From Zancudomyces culisetae HAW-14-8 (taxonomy: Eukaryota > Fungi > Kickxellomycota): DNA of 64,000 nt. Below are positions 47,167 to 59,865 of this stretch, in pieces. A program made the translations under genes and the position numbers. The stretch spans positions 1 through 64,000 of the forward strand of contig JBNJNM010000020.1 of NCBI GenBank assembly GCA_052426225.1, written 5' to 3'. How positions within the stretch are numbered: position 1 is the first letter of the stretch; each line of letters opens with the position of its first letter. The notes under the pieces were generated by a model. That model ran no database searches. It saw only the letters and a program-made list of their open reading frames with translations, and was not told the DNA's origin.

Positions 47167-48098
47167 TTTTATAAATACTCTCTTGATGGAATTATCAGTC
47201 TTTTATTTATTTGAGTACACCTTTGAAATGTGTTTCTTTTTAGTTTGTGATGTTCCTATTTTTTTTATACTGTTATTAACAATAAACGGAAAATTTTCAG
47301 GCATATACCAAGTGGATGGGTCTACATTTGTACAAGAACTGATTTGTTTATTCACATTTTAGAAAGGTTTAGTACAAGAGGGAGGCTGTCTATCAAGCGC
47401 AGTGAAGTTCAAATAAATACATACTAACACTAGAAACACGACAAATCTATAGTAAGAACACCAATACCTTTCCACTCTCCTCTACATCTTTGTTTTTCCA
47501 ACTTCAATCCATATCCATCGAATATCGTGTGAATATATAATACATAAGCCTATTGATCCTGGCATTATACCTGTCAGTTAATCGCTTCTCTAGAAAGAAA
47601 GTTTTAAATCCAATGCCTAACACTAGGATAAAATATACTCAAACCAGCGTGTACATTTAGAATATGTATGCACCAACCAAGCCTCTACTGTGTTGGCCAT
47701 GGTATGGACACCGAATCAAAGTGAAATAGAATCAGTTTCTCTACACATCAGAAAAGGATCGAAGAATAAAATAAATAATATATCGAGACTGAAACAGAAA
47801 CATTAAAGGTCGAAACGCTAAAATCCGAGCCCATATTTCTGATCTTGTCTTTTACCTGTGCTGGTCACGTCCTTAGAATCAAAAAAAAATGATAAATATA
47901 TTTTGTCATTAACCTCATTTAAACAGGGTTTGGTTTGATAAGCAAAAAAAGAAAATAACAAGTGAAGAATGCTCGTTTGCGAGCAAATATACAGGGTGTA
48001 TTAATTTAATAAAACGACTGTGGGTATTAAATAAGTATCATGTTTAAATTAGACAAGGAAAACAAGGGTATACTAGTTTTGCACAGAAATTTATATCG

Positions 48099-48957
48099 CT
48101 AATAATCATCCTCATCGGAATACTCTATGGTTTTGTGTCTTTTTCTATTCCTACTATGCCTTTCTTCCTCTTCTTCCTCTTCTTCATCCTCTGGCTCCTC
48201 TTCTTCGTCTTCTTCATCGCTACCAAATATACTAGCCGACTTTGATTTACTTTTGCCATTCCGATGACTACTTTTGATAGTGCCTCTATCTCTACCCCGC
48301 TCGGTATTTCTAAATGTTTCCTCTTCATCGTCATCCTCATCGTCGTAATCCAACTGTTCTCTTCTTGAACCTCTCCCTGCTCTCGTACCGGATTCTTCGT
48401 CGTCATTTTCACTGTCAGTACCGCCATTTCTACCAGCAGAGCCTCCAGCAGCAGCGTTTGAAGAGGCGAGTTCCTCCTGCCGTTTGGCTTCATCACAAGC
48501 ATCTATCCATTCGCTATATACATCAATTGGCTGACTCAAATCTATTTTTTTAAATAAATTTTCGATACTTTTCTTTTAGTATGACTTGTTGTATTTGTGA
48601 TATAAAGATTTCTCTTTGTGTTTACAAATCAGAAACAAAAAAATGAAAAAAAAAAACTTGCGATTTATTGCTGCTTGGTATTTCGCTAGGCAAACTTTAC
48701 AATTCAAAATCCCTATTTTTCGGGTCTTGTCCCTAGTTTACGAATTTCTGTTGTTATTTTTCTTTTTATGCGTGCAAAAGTGAATACAAAGGAGAGGTAG
48801 AGTAAGAGTGAAAAGAGTGGAAAAAAAAAGCTTATGGCTTTACTTACATTATTACATTAACCGACTTTTCGTGACTACAGAACAGGCAATCGAACACCTT
48901 GTCCAACTTGGGTTGTACCCTTTTGGCAACTTTTGTGGATGATTTTCTTTTTCCCAT
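48099..48957 (-). CDS. ELF1: Transcription elongation factor Elf1 with acidic tail (3 exons)
   Basis: Exons 48848-48957, 48662-48732 and 48099-48541 splice to MGKRKSS...LDKVFDCLFCSHEKSV...GILNCKVC...INHLSQPIDVYSEWIDAC. Intron 2 is GC-AG. Confidence 0.93.
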
Positions 48958-49558
48958 GCTGTCTTTTACCCTTCCCTTTCCCTTTTTTCTTTTACTTTTG
49001 AAAATAATTAATATACAAGACAAAGTTTGTTAGTGTAATTAAAAAGAGACTTTTGGGATGAGAAAAAGTAAATGGCAAATTAAACGTCATTATAAATTAT
49101 TGTATTCTATTTTTTTTTAGCTATTAAAAAATTACCCGAAAATGTTTCACCAAAAGAAAAAAGAGAAAAGAAAAAAATATAAAAAAATATCCGACAAACT
49201 CAGACACAATCCACTCTATAAATACACATCCATGTGCTTGAGATGGATTATCCAACAACTACTTATAGGGTAAAACTATATGAGTACACATATCCACCAC
49301 CGCCACCGCCACCACCATCACCATCATATCTGATATATTTTGCTTTCAACTTGCAATTGTTCTCATATCTTTCAAAGCCTCAGCTCTATATTCTCTATCG
49401 TCCTTCTTTTTTTTTTTTGCAGTACAACTTTGTTATAGATTTAGATTATATTAATAAAATCAAATGAAAAATAATAGTGAAATACTAAATACGGATAAAC
49501 AAGTAAAAAGGAATAGTATAATAATATATAAGGAATCAACAGCTAGGTCTTGACTGAA

Positions 49559-51307
49559 TTAAATCTTGGCACTAGCCTTTTTCCAATTGTATGCCAATAC
49601 AGGTTTTACATAGCCACCAAAGACTTCCAAGAAGTTGGACTCACCTTCTGGACCACGAGATCCAAATCGGTATGGCAGAGGAGTGATATTTTCATTGTCG
49701 ATTTGGTGCAACAGTGGAGTGAAAATACGCCAAGACTCATCGAGTTCATCAGCTCTGACAAAGTTGGAGTGGTCGGTACCCAAGACGTCTAAAATCAAGC
49801 TTGCATAGGCATCGGGTATAGGAATGTGAGTGTATCTATCCTGGTATGTAAGATCCAGCTCGCTGAGAGCGAGGTTGTTTGTGAGTCCAGGTTCTTTTAC
49901 TACAGTTTTCATGTAGATGGCTTCGGCTGGACTGATGCGGATGACCAGCTCGTTTCTGGCCATGTTTGGGAAGAGTGGGTACTTCATATCCTTGAACTGG
50001 ATTCGAACGGACACTCGGGCATCCTCTAGCGCCTTGCCGGCCTTTACTACGAATGGAACACCTCTCCACCGGTCGTTATCGATGTGCAGAGTTGTCATTG
50101 CGAACGTTGGAGTGTTTGAGCCTTTTCGAACAGTTTCATCGTCCAAATACCCGGGCTCTGAGCCATCCTCCGATGCGGTGTATTGACCAAGTAGGGTTTC
50201 ATCAAGGGTTGCTGGTGGGATACATTTCAACACAGCGGCCTTGCAGTCACGGATATCTTCGGCGTCCAGTGATTTGGGTGTCTCCATGGCAATGATACTG
50301 AGTACCTGCATCAAGTGGTTTTGTATGACATCACGGATTATTCCAAACTCATCAAAGTAGCCACCGCGGCCTTGTGTACCAATCTTTTCCTTAAATGTGA
50401 TTTGTACATTTGAAATGTACTCCTTGTTCCAAACGGCATCGTAAAATGTGTTTGCAAATCGCAAAGCCATCAAGTTTTTAACCATATCCTTGCCCAAGTA
50501 GTGGTCAGTTCTAAAGATCTCTTCTTCTCTAAAGTATTTGGAAATCTGGCCACCCAAAACCTTGCTGGAATCTCGGTCTGATCCGAATGGTTTCTCGATT
50601 ACCAGGTGGTTTGTCACATCATTACTGTATAGGTTCTCCTTGATGTTTCCGGCAACCTCTACAAATGTAGTTGGTGGTAGTGCCAGGTAGTATATCCTCA
50701 TAACACCGCAATTCTTCCCGCCACTTGCTGTGTCCATTTCGCCTTCTAGTTCTCTTACGCGAGCGTGCATTTGTTGGAAGTCATCTGGTTTTCCATATTC
50801 TCCGCTGCGGTATTCACAGAGCTCTTCAAAGGCAGCAATGTCATCTCCTGGTGACTTTATGTATTGTTTGATTCGCTTCAAAAAGTCTTCTCTGTTGAGT
50901 GGGCTCCGAGCATATCCAATAATACGTGTATGCTTTGGTAGCAGTTTTTTTGTAAACAACTCGTAGAGTGCAGGAAACGTCTTTCTTTTGGCCAAGTCTC
51001 CTGAAGCTCCAAAGACTATTCAAGTATTATTTTTATTTATTTGATTTTGTTTAGTTTAGTTTAGTTTTTATATCTTGAAAATTGTTTTTCTTGCTTCTTG
51101 GCATAATTTCAAAAGATATAAAAGAAATTTATACTATGGTTTACGTATAGTGACACTATAATAGCTTCCACTATAACGTCCCTTTCCCAACTTTTAAGTG
51201 TCGTTGCAAGTAGGTTTTGTACTAAATATATGACACTATCTCTTACCTATAATGGTAGTCAGGTTTTGCTTTTTAATCATACTGGGATATTCTTCAAAGA
51301 CTGTCAT
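49559..51307 (-). CDS. ZWF1: Glucose-6-phosphate 1-dehydrogenase (2 exons)
   Basis: Exon 1 is 51247-51307, intron 51016-51246. Motifs VFGASGDLA, EKPFG, RTDHYLGKD, GRGGYFDEFGIIRDVIQNHL. Confidence 0.97.
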
Positions 51308-53834
51308 TTTTTGTTAGTTCTTTTTCCGTCGTTCTTAAGTATTTTTTTTAATGTCTGAGGTGTGATCTTGTGAGTGTGAGTGTGATATTTGTGTGAAATA
51401 TTTCGTAAGTGCTCAGATATCTTTTTACTGTTAAAAGTCGGGACGGGGTTTTTACGTAGTTAGTTTGTCTTTGGCTGTTCCTTGTTTTCCTGCTGTTAAC
51501 GTTTTTTTTTTAAAACTTTCAAGTTCAGCAAAATAAGGGGAGGAGCTGTATTTATACAAAACAATTCATGCATAGATTTGCATTTCCCCTACTTTATTTG
51601 TCTATTTTCCCCCTTTTTTTATTCTAACGTTATTGATTTCTAATATAAAAAAATAATGATTTGTAATGGGTTTAAATTGTTCGCTTTGCTGAGATTGGTT
51701 TGCTTTTTTTACAGTTCGATTAGATCAAATAAAATGATTTCCAGTAATTTGCTCTCACCTACCTCTCTCACTCTTCCCCGTTCGCCATTTTATTAGCTGG
51801 TTGCTCATTTTCTCTCGCTAGGGTTTCCCTGCAACACAATCAATAAAGTCTAGCACCTGTTCCTTAGTTCCAACATTTTTGCATAATTTGCGTACGAATG
51901 ACTGTGTTTGCCGAAAAATTCTATTTGCTTTTTTTGCTCACCAAACCTTTTCTTTTTTCCCAAATGTTTTTGTTTTCACGATTTATTATATGCAGTTATT
52001 GGTTCACAAGTTTGAACTGAAAAATGGGGCTAATGAACTAAAAAATAATAATAAATTCAGCAACATTAAATCCAAGTTTGAAAAAGTGAGCTTTGGCTTT
52101 TTCGCTGTTTATTTTTATCTTTTACTTTCTGCTTGATTGTTTATTTTATTTTACTAGTCACTCCAGGGATTTGAAATCAATATGATTATTAATTTGGGTT
52201 TTGCTTATTAATGCACTTGCTTTATCGTTTATTATCTCGGCTGTCAAATATGAAAGTACTAACAGTAGTTCCAAATTTTCACTAATTGGAATCCCGCACT
52301 CGGGTTTACGGAATATCTTGAAACTCGGAAATTAAAAACCCACGAGAAAAAATATACAGTGTGTGGGTGTTGCTTTTCCAAACATATTTTAGTCTATTTG
52401 TTCTTGGCTTATTGTAATTGTTTCTAAATTCGAATATCAAAAAAGAAAAAGAATATTAAAAAAACGTGGACAAAGTGTTGATTTATATCTCTTTTCTTGA
52501 AGCTTCCCCCGCCTCGCTACAGTTTAAATGCCAACCTCCCCGCCTTCAAAAGTTCATTATACCATACCTATACTCATTAGCAGACCCTCCTTCTATTTTT
52601 TTATTTTTTTTTTTGGTTACGAGTTTAGCATGGGATTTTGTACTCTTGGTTTACCATGTTCTTGGTGATTAAAGCTGCAAAAAAAAATCCATTTTTTTTT
52701 AATGGTGAACTAAATTGACAAGTAACATTTTTTCCTTCCCGCCACCGGAGTTTACGTTTTAATTTATTAATACAATTAACATTTTCAATAATATACCATT
52801 CCCGCAAATAGATTCAAGTGATAAAGAAAGAAAAAAACGTGCGTTGATACTCGCTTGTCAGATCACAACAGGTATATTTGGCTGTTTGAAACTAATGCAC
52901 AGATCCCATGCTTTTATTATATCCACTTGCAGTATATCAGTAACAACAGTACAAAGGAAAGAAAGAAAAATATTATAAACATGTACAGACACCTCTTTTT
53001 TGTTTTGTAACTGTACACGATCGACCAACTTTTATCTCAGGCTTTATTAAAGGAGGCAAAAGTGACTCCATTTTTTTCTGGGGTGAGGGGGTGAAAGGTA
53101 CACAGAAAACAAGTGCTTTTCGATTTCCACCACATACTCCAAATTTAAAATTTGTCGTATTTAGTGAACAGGCAGGCTTTTACGACGTTTGTTTAAAACA
53201 TGTCACTTGGTAGTTGTATCACATGGCTGCATATGAAATAAACAGTAAAAGCACCAGGAAAGACCTTCGCCACCACTATTATCTGTTCATTTTATTTTCT
53301 TGCACGTGAAATAAACTATATACTGCATGATATCGGACCTCCAGAATGTGGATAATTCCCATCTCAATAAATATACCAAACAATCCTCCAAAAACACGAG
53401 ACACATCAAAGATATTGGATGGTAGAACCTGAGCAAGACAAAAGACACCATCACAGCAGTCCTAAGGTGACTAGCACCGTGTGTATTTACCAAGATATGA
53501 ATGTTTCTGAACAGCTACCCACACATCATTAAATAATCACATTAACACTTTGCAACCTACTGTTTTTTTTTTGCACATCATCATGAGTCATATTTTTTTA
53601 TACAAATTATTTATTTTTTTCAAATGTATCTTTTAGCATCAACCATATTTTCAAGGATTACAGTTTAACGATCCTTAAAAGTAAAAAAAGTATATTCGCT
53701 TTTACTCCAATACTCCCAAATTAAATATAATATATTTTTTTATTGGAAAATAATAGGTATACTGAACTAAAATGCATAGTAAATATATTAACGAAAAAAA
53801 CTAGATTAAAAACTTATCATCACTTGCTTCGTGG

Positions 53835-55322
53835 CTAGAAAATAGGGATATAGTTGCCAATCTTATCCTTCTGTTTCTGGCTAATGCACTCGGCTATCCA
53901 CACTACATTCCGAACTTCTTGTTCCTTCAATTTCAGCCAGGCATAAAATATCCCAAAATGAAACTGTCTATCAAATGCAGTCTTGTTTAGATTAACTTGT
54001 CGCTCAAAGCACAGCTCTTCAAATGACAAATCCCTTGCCGATCCAGCGTGGTGGTCTTCCTCCACCAACAGTGAACGGTAATCAAGATATGCGCCCAGTG
54101 CATGCTTTACTTGCTCCACATCGTCGCATTTTGCCAAATTTGCATCGCCTCCAGGATACAAAATTCCGAGCTTTGGAAACAGTTTTGTACGGTCCTCTTT
54201 TGACAGTTCAGTTCCTATCGAGTTTATCGTAATACTGATTTTCCTGCGATCTGCCTCAAACTATTTGGATAATAACCAAAACTTTAAGCAACTTGGAACA
54301 TGTGCTTTCTAGCTTAATTTCATTTTAGCTTAAAGCCAGAAATACTAAAACATAAACATACCATCAATATTTCACTCATAATCTCAAAGGTGGTGCCTCC
54401 AATCTCCTCACAATATCTGTAAAAATCTTCAATGTATGCCTTGTACAACATATTTCTTATGATTTCTATGTTAACTTCGTTTAAATCCTCAGCTGAAAGA
54501 CAGTCTCTAAAATACTCGGCTATTAATAATCAAAAGGATATTAGCTGAAGCGTATAGTTGTGACCCGGAGTGGATATCACTCGTATTTATATATACCTCG
54601 TTTTATACGCACTGTATCAAACATACCTATTGGGGAATCGACCAAAACTGTGGTATATAACTCGGCAACATTTGTGGCTACGCAAAGTGCAGGCATTGTA
54701 TCAAACCAACCCAGAGGGTGGCATCTTTCTAGTAGCTCATGTGTATCTCTTTCGTGTAGCGTTCCTGTTATCAATAATATTACATTGTCAATCATATACG
54801 AATATGTCAGATACTTGAGGAATTTCAAGCATTGAGAGTTTGAGTTTTCTCGAAGGTATCTAAATTCCTGTACTAGCACTTCGTTACACCTCGCACTCAT
54901 GGTAGAGGTTGCTAATGGTGAAGGTTCGTTTTGTAGAAACAGGCCATAATCCGTTGTTGCCAGCTGCATACGCAAATCTATGAAAAGTACATTTTTAATT
55001 TGCATTTATTTTCTCATTGTGTTTGAAGGCATGGATAAATGTCGGGATTTAAATCAAGTATTATTTTTGATATTGTTGCAAAGCTTGTAAAGTATCAACA
55101 GCTTCATAGATATTTAATTTCATGCGGTTTTGACAAGATCCTCACCGACCCAATTCCACAACCAATAAATACTTTACTGCAGATTCCAACAAACTTACCT
55201 TCTATTGTTTCACATTGAGTCATATTCAAGTACTGTTGTCGCGTAATAAACCCATCCCTATATCCACGAACAATGCCCTCCAGGTACCCATTTTCAACGT
55301 TAAATTTTATTTCCTCCATCAT
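53835..55322 (-). CDS. VMA6: V-ATPase V0 subunit d (4 exons)
   Basis: Exons 55199-55322, 54627-54977, 54362-54519 and 53835-54260 with GT-AG introns. Motifs [60 protein letters not shown]. Confidence 0.97.
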
Positions 55323-56119
55323 ATGCAGGCTTTGTTTAATATTTATTTTCTTCGTCGATGTTTTAAAAAGTATTTGAAACTAACAATACAAGTGCTGAGT
55401 TGTATTTTAATTTAATTGTAATTATTTTTTTTAGTGAATAAGGTTATTAGCATTAATTTTTAAATGAAGAAAATAATTTTGCGCCACTCCAACGCTTCTA
55501 GGCATTACCGCCCTCCACTGAAATCGAAGAAATACAAACATCCAATATAATATACTGTTAATTTACGCAGCGAGCCGTGGTGCTGGGTGCAGGGAATCGC
55601 TAGAGTACTATACAACTTATAAGAACATCACTAGTTGTTATATAGCTAGCAAACCTATCCTCGTCTAAACGCTCTGTGGTTTGTTGTCATTTTTTTACTT
55701 GAAACCTGCTGGTCTAGTGCATATGGGAAAAAATAAACACTCAAAATAACAGATAGTCGAATAAAAGTAGGAAAATAATCAAGTGGTCGATTCCACTCGA
55801 GAATCCAATGTACCCTATATCCGTGACCAAGCTTTGGTGTCTCGGAAACCACCACCACCACCACCGCCGCCGCCGTCCCCAGTAACAAGCAATTAGTTGC
55901 GGATTTAGCTTTTAAGCAGTGCACCTCAATTGGCGTGTGTGGACTTTTTTTTCAACATTTTTTTGACAATTGTGCTAAATAACTAAAAAAAAAATTTTTT
56001 TTATAAAAGATCAAAATGTCTATTGTAAAAGTTTGAACCAAGAATTTGTAGTTATTTCGCCATATTCCGCTAATTTATCGATATCGTCGGTAGAGACCTG
56101 GTCGAAAACACAATTTATC

Positions 56120-57610
56120 ATGGAGGTAGAGCAAAAAAACGAACCTAACAATCCAGTCACAGAGGATTCACAGGTTCAAGCAGTAGATGTTGATGCAGAA
56201 AAGGATATCAGAGTATATGTGGGCGGACTAAACCCCAGAACAATAGATACAGACATACTTCAAAGATTCGAGCCCTTTGGGAGTGTTCACGACATTGAAC
56301 TTGCAAAATTTGCAGATTCGGATGAATGTCGAGGTTTTGGATTTTTGACGCTACACACGACTGACAAAAAGTGGAAAAAATGCCTGTCTGTATATAACGG
56401 AGCAAAATGGAGAGAGTGTGTTATGAAGGTGCAAGAAGCCACAGAAAACTACAAAATTAGAATGGATAGAGAGCGAGAACAGGTTGTTGAAGAAACACCA
56501 AAGAAAACCCGCTACTCAAAAAACAGGTATGCAAAAGATATGACACTAGTTACTGATAAAAACGTTGATGAAAGAAGGGGGTGGAAAAGATCGAGATACG
56601 GAAGAGCAGTGGCTGTGATGAGGTTGCGGATGGAAGACAACAGGACAATAAGAGTGGTTGATCCAACCCATTATAAAGATAATTTATTGAAACTCTTTGG
56701 AAGCGTGAGACCCAAAATAATTGAAGACCTGGCATATATTACGGACTACGATTCTGAAAATGATGACAGCAGCGACGATAGTGACAAAGAAACTAGCAAA
56801 GGTGATAGTAAAGAAAAGCTCAAATACGGCTCTACATCCAAAAATGATACAAGAGGTATTGAAAATGATAACGAGTCGGGTAACGAAAGTGACGCCAGCT
56901 ATGATTTGGAGCAGGAAAAGCAAAGACATTTACAGATTTTGTACAGTATGTTTGGTAAAAATAGTGTGCCAACAACCACCGAAAAGCCACTGGCAAGCCG
57001 GGCTGATGAAAGCTCGAGTATATCCGGCTCCGGCTCTGAAGATGAAACTGATGCTGGAGACAACTTTGGTGAACTGGATGGGTCTGATGTGGATATGCCA
57101 AGTAAGGATAATATGGAGACATTTAGAGGACTGTTTGGACGCTCCGAAAGTAAGCCACAAGCAGGCGGATCAGATGCACCGTTTAGTTTGTTTGGTGGTG
57201 AATTGAATGAGAGTGTTATGACAAACAAACCCAACGCCTCTATCTCTGACGACTCGGTAACTAAATCCAGCGGGCTTGATCTGATTATTAAAAACTTATG
57301 CTTTTTCGACCATCCCAATGTTCCCGAAGTACATGAGAATTCACTAATGCATTTTGTTGAAAAATCCGTGGCAAACACTCAGTCGGATTCCCAGGACGAG
57401 CAACAACTATCACAGGTTCCAGATATAAGCAGCTTCTCTCCGCTTTATCCTGGCCAAACACCCTTTTCATTCTATAGAACTGAAAGCCTGGACAAGATCC
57501 GTGAAGGCTGGCTAAAAACAAGGCTGGACCTGACCAGAGAATACAAGCGGCTTTATAAAACTGCTGCGAAAACAGATAAAAGAATAAAGAAGAAATCCAA
57601 ACTGTTTTAA
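56120..57610 (+). CDS. Nucleolar RRM protein, Nop8/NOL8-like
   Basis: First ATG at 56120. N-terminal RRM (RVYVGGL...RFEPFGSV...CRGFGFLTL...YNGAKW...KVQEA), acidic low-complexity middle, basic C-terminus. Confidence 0.75.
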   Translation: MEVEQKNEPNNPVTEDSQVQAVDVDAEKDIRVYVGGLNPRTIDTDILQRFEPFGSVHDIELAKFADSDECRGFGFLTLHTTDKKWKKCLSVYNGAKWRECVMKVQEATENYKIRMDREREQVVEETPKKTRYSKNRYAKDMTLVTDKNVDERRGWKRSRYGRAVAVMRLRMEDNRTIRVVDPTHYKDNLLKLFGSVRPKIIEDLAYITDYDSENDDSSDDSDKETSKGDSKEKLKYGSTSKNDTRGIENDNESGNESDASYDLEQEKQRHLQILYSMFGKNSVPTTTEKPLASRADESSSISGSGSEDETDAGDNFGELDGSDVDMPSKDNMETFRGLFGRSESKPQAGGSDAPFSLFGGELNESVMTNKPNASISDDSVTKSSGLDLIIKNLCFFDHPNVPEVHENSLMHFVEKSVANTQSDSQDEQQLSQVPDISSFSPLYPGQTPFSFYRTESLDKIREGWLKTRLDLTREYKRLYKTAAKTDKRIKKKSKLF

Positions 57611-58015
57611 CTGACTTTGGCATGAATGAATGGTTCTTATCAATGACTACTTGTTTAGCATTTTGGTTCGTTGGTTTATGTTTTTTTCTTTTGTTTTTGA
57701 CTTTTGTGTCTTGTAAATTGTATTTTTTCAGAACATCACACTTGTTGGGTTGATCAAGACATTTATATATAATTTTTTACATAGATATTGGCTGTTCAGA
57801 TCTGAGTTCCCATTAATAAAAAAATAAACAAAATCAGCAAATGCAATTGAACATCAATCAAACTTCATCTAGCAATCCTTTATTATACTCTTTTGAGGGA
57901 TAAAATCCTAACTGCAAAAAGAAATATTTAGGCTGTATTTAGTTCCCACTCCAGTTAGATCCAAGACAATAAACGAATATATACATATATTAGATATAGG
58001 CAACTGCACTAAAAG

Positions 58016-59479
58016 ATGGCGTTTTTCCAATCAAATCAACAAATTGAAAAAGAAAAACAAAGGCTTGTCAAGCTCCAGAATCTGCTCGAGAGAGATTTGG
58101 GTAAGACAGGTACAAATGTCAAGGCAAAGATCCTAAGTATGGCCAAAAGCTTGGACGATAGGAATAAAATGACTGTTTGGGTTGGATTGGGAGATTTTAC
58201 AGCTAGAAAAATTTCAGTTGTAAGTACAGCTACTTTTCTTCTTTTTAGCCAAATCCAACTCTTTGGTGTCCACAGGCTTAACCTTTTTAACTATTAATGA
58301 TTGTAGGGCGATGATAAATGCAAACAAATCGTATTAAGAGGACACAAAGGCCCGGTTACGTGCATTGGTGTAGTTCCAAAATATGCGAAGGGCAATACCG
58401 ATAGTACAGAGCAGGAAGTGCCAGAATATGTATTGACTGGCTCGTGGGACAAAACAATCAGAATGTGGGACCCCCAAGTAAGTGTTTTCTTTAATCTATA
58501 TATTTAGGAGAGCTTTTATTTTATTTTATTTTATTTTATTCTGGGGGTTGCTTTATGAAAGAGTGTGTTTATTTTAAAATGATAATAACAATTGCGTATA
58601 ATAATAAAATTATTAATATAGACACAACAAACAGTGGCAGTATTCGATGGTCACTCGGATTTTATAAAATGCTTAGAGGTGGATTTACACACCCAGACAA
58701 TGTATTCAGGCTCTTCGGATAAGACCATCAAAGTTTGGGACTACAGCGCAGCTATACCCAGTAGCAGCACAGAGAACACAAATGCCAACAGCAAACCTGT
58801 TTCAATCCGGCCTATCCAAACGATTAAAGACGACCAGCTGATCAGAGGCCCCATTAACAAACTTCTCGTAAATGATGAGTTGTATTCTGTAGGGTCTGAT
58901 TCTAAAGTAATACGATGGGAGCTTGAAAACCCAAATGATGAAAATACAAACAGGCGTTTAACAAAGAAACACACCATATATTCCGGTCATTTGACCAGTG
59001 TTTACAGCATCAATGTAACTGATAACTCTATTTGGACAGGATCTGCAGATAAATTTGCATTGGAATTCGATAAACTTAACAATACTAAAGCCCAAACGAA
59101 ATTTGAACACACCGATCCGATAAAATCCGTTTTGGTTATTCCTCAACAACCTTACAACAACCTTTTTCTAGCTGGAGATAAAGAGGGAAACCTGCATATT
59201 TGGAAATCAGATAGTGACAAGTCTATGCTCGAGGCACACTTAGACTCCATCGAATCCATACTTCTTGTCAATTTGAATAAAAACGAACCCACTGTGCTTA
59301 CAGGTTCCATTGATGGCTATGTAAAAGCGTGGAGTGTTCCTGATTTGTTTTCTTTCAAAAATGACGATGTGCCGGCAAACATACCATTGAATAACCAGGA
59401 TATAGCACCAAACGGCTTGACGGCCGACGAAGATAAGGAGCTACAAGACCTTTTAGATGAGCTGGATGACGATTACTAG
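58016..59479 (+). CDS. WD40-repeat protein (3 exons)
   Basis: Exons 58016-58219, 58307-58477 and 58622-59479 joined by phase-0 GT-AG introns. GH...WD repeats (GHKGPV...GSWDKTIRMWD; GHSDFIK...GSSDKTIKVWD). Confidence 0.88.
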
Positions 59480-59865
59480 CCCTTTAGGTGTCTAGTTAAT
59501 AGTATATTGATTTGCTCTATAGATTTTTCTTTCTTTTTTACAATATTTGTGATTAGAGTTGGTTTTCATGCTTACTAAATGATGGGGATGGTATAAGCGT
59601 CAACAGTGTTTCCAAAACCAGTTTCATTTTTTCCACTACCAATGAGGATGCTTATCTGTGGGTTTTAGCTTTTTTTTTTTGTAAATTGTTGCAGAGAAAA
59701 AGTGATTTTGTTTAACTGGAATTCAAAAACGGTCTTAATTTATCTCTACCGATTTACAAACCAAAACATTGAAATATCAAAGTATCGGAGTCTCAAAGCT
59801 ACGATATTCAAAGAACAACAAGAGAAATTCAAGGAAAAGCGAGAGTAATAAATAAATTTTGCAAA

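Noticed and set aside
47581-47600. ATCGCTTCTC, identical to the U2 snRNA 5' end
   Set aside because: Not followed by the GGCCTTTTGGCTAAGATCAAGTGTAGTA branch-pairing region.
50484-50515. G6PD active-site peptide reads RTDHYLGKD instead of RIDHYLGKE
   Set aside because: The key Asp, His and Lys are retained; conservative variation only.
55565-55805. tRNA(Sec/Ser)-like fragments (GTGGTGCTGGGTGCAGG, CTTGAAACCTGC, AGTGGTCGATTCCACT) in the VMA6/NOP8-like divergent promoter
   Set aside because: The pieces are separated by ~75-105 nt of unrelated sequence, the T-loop is one base short, no acceptor stem can be formed and the anticodon would be TGA, not TCA. Likely chance; tRNAscan-SE/Secmarker would settle it.
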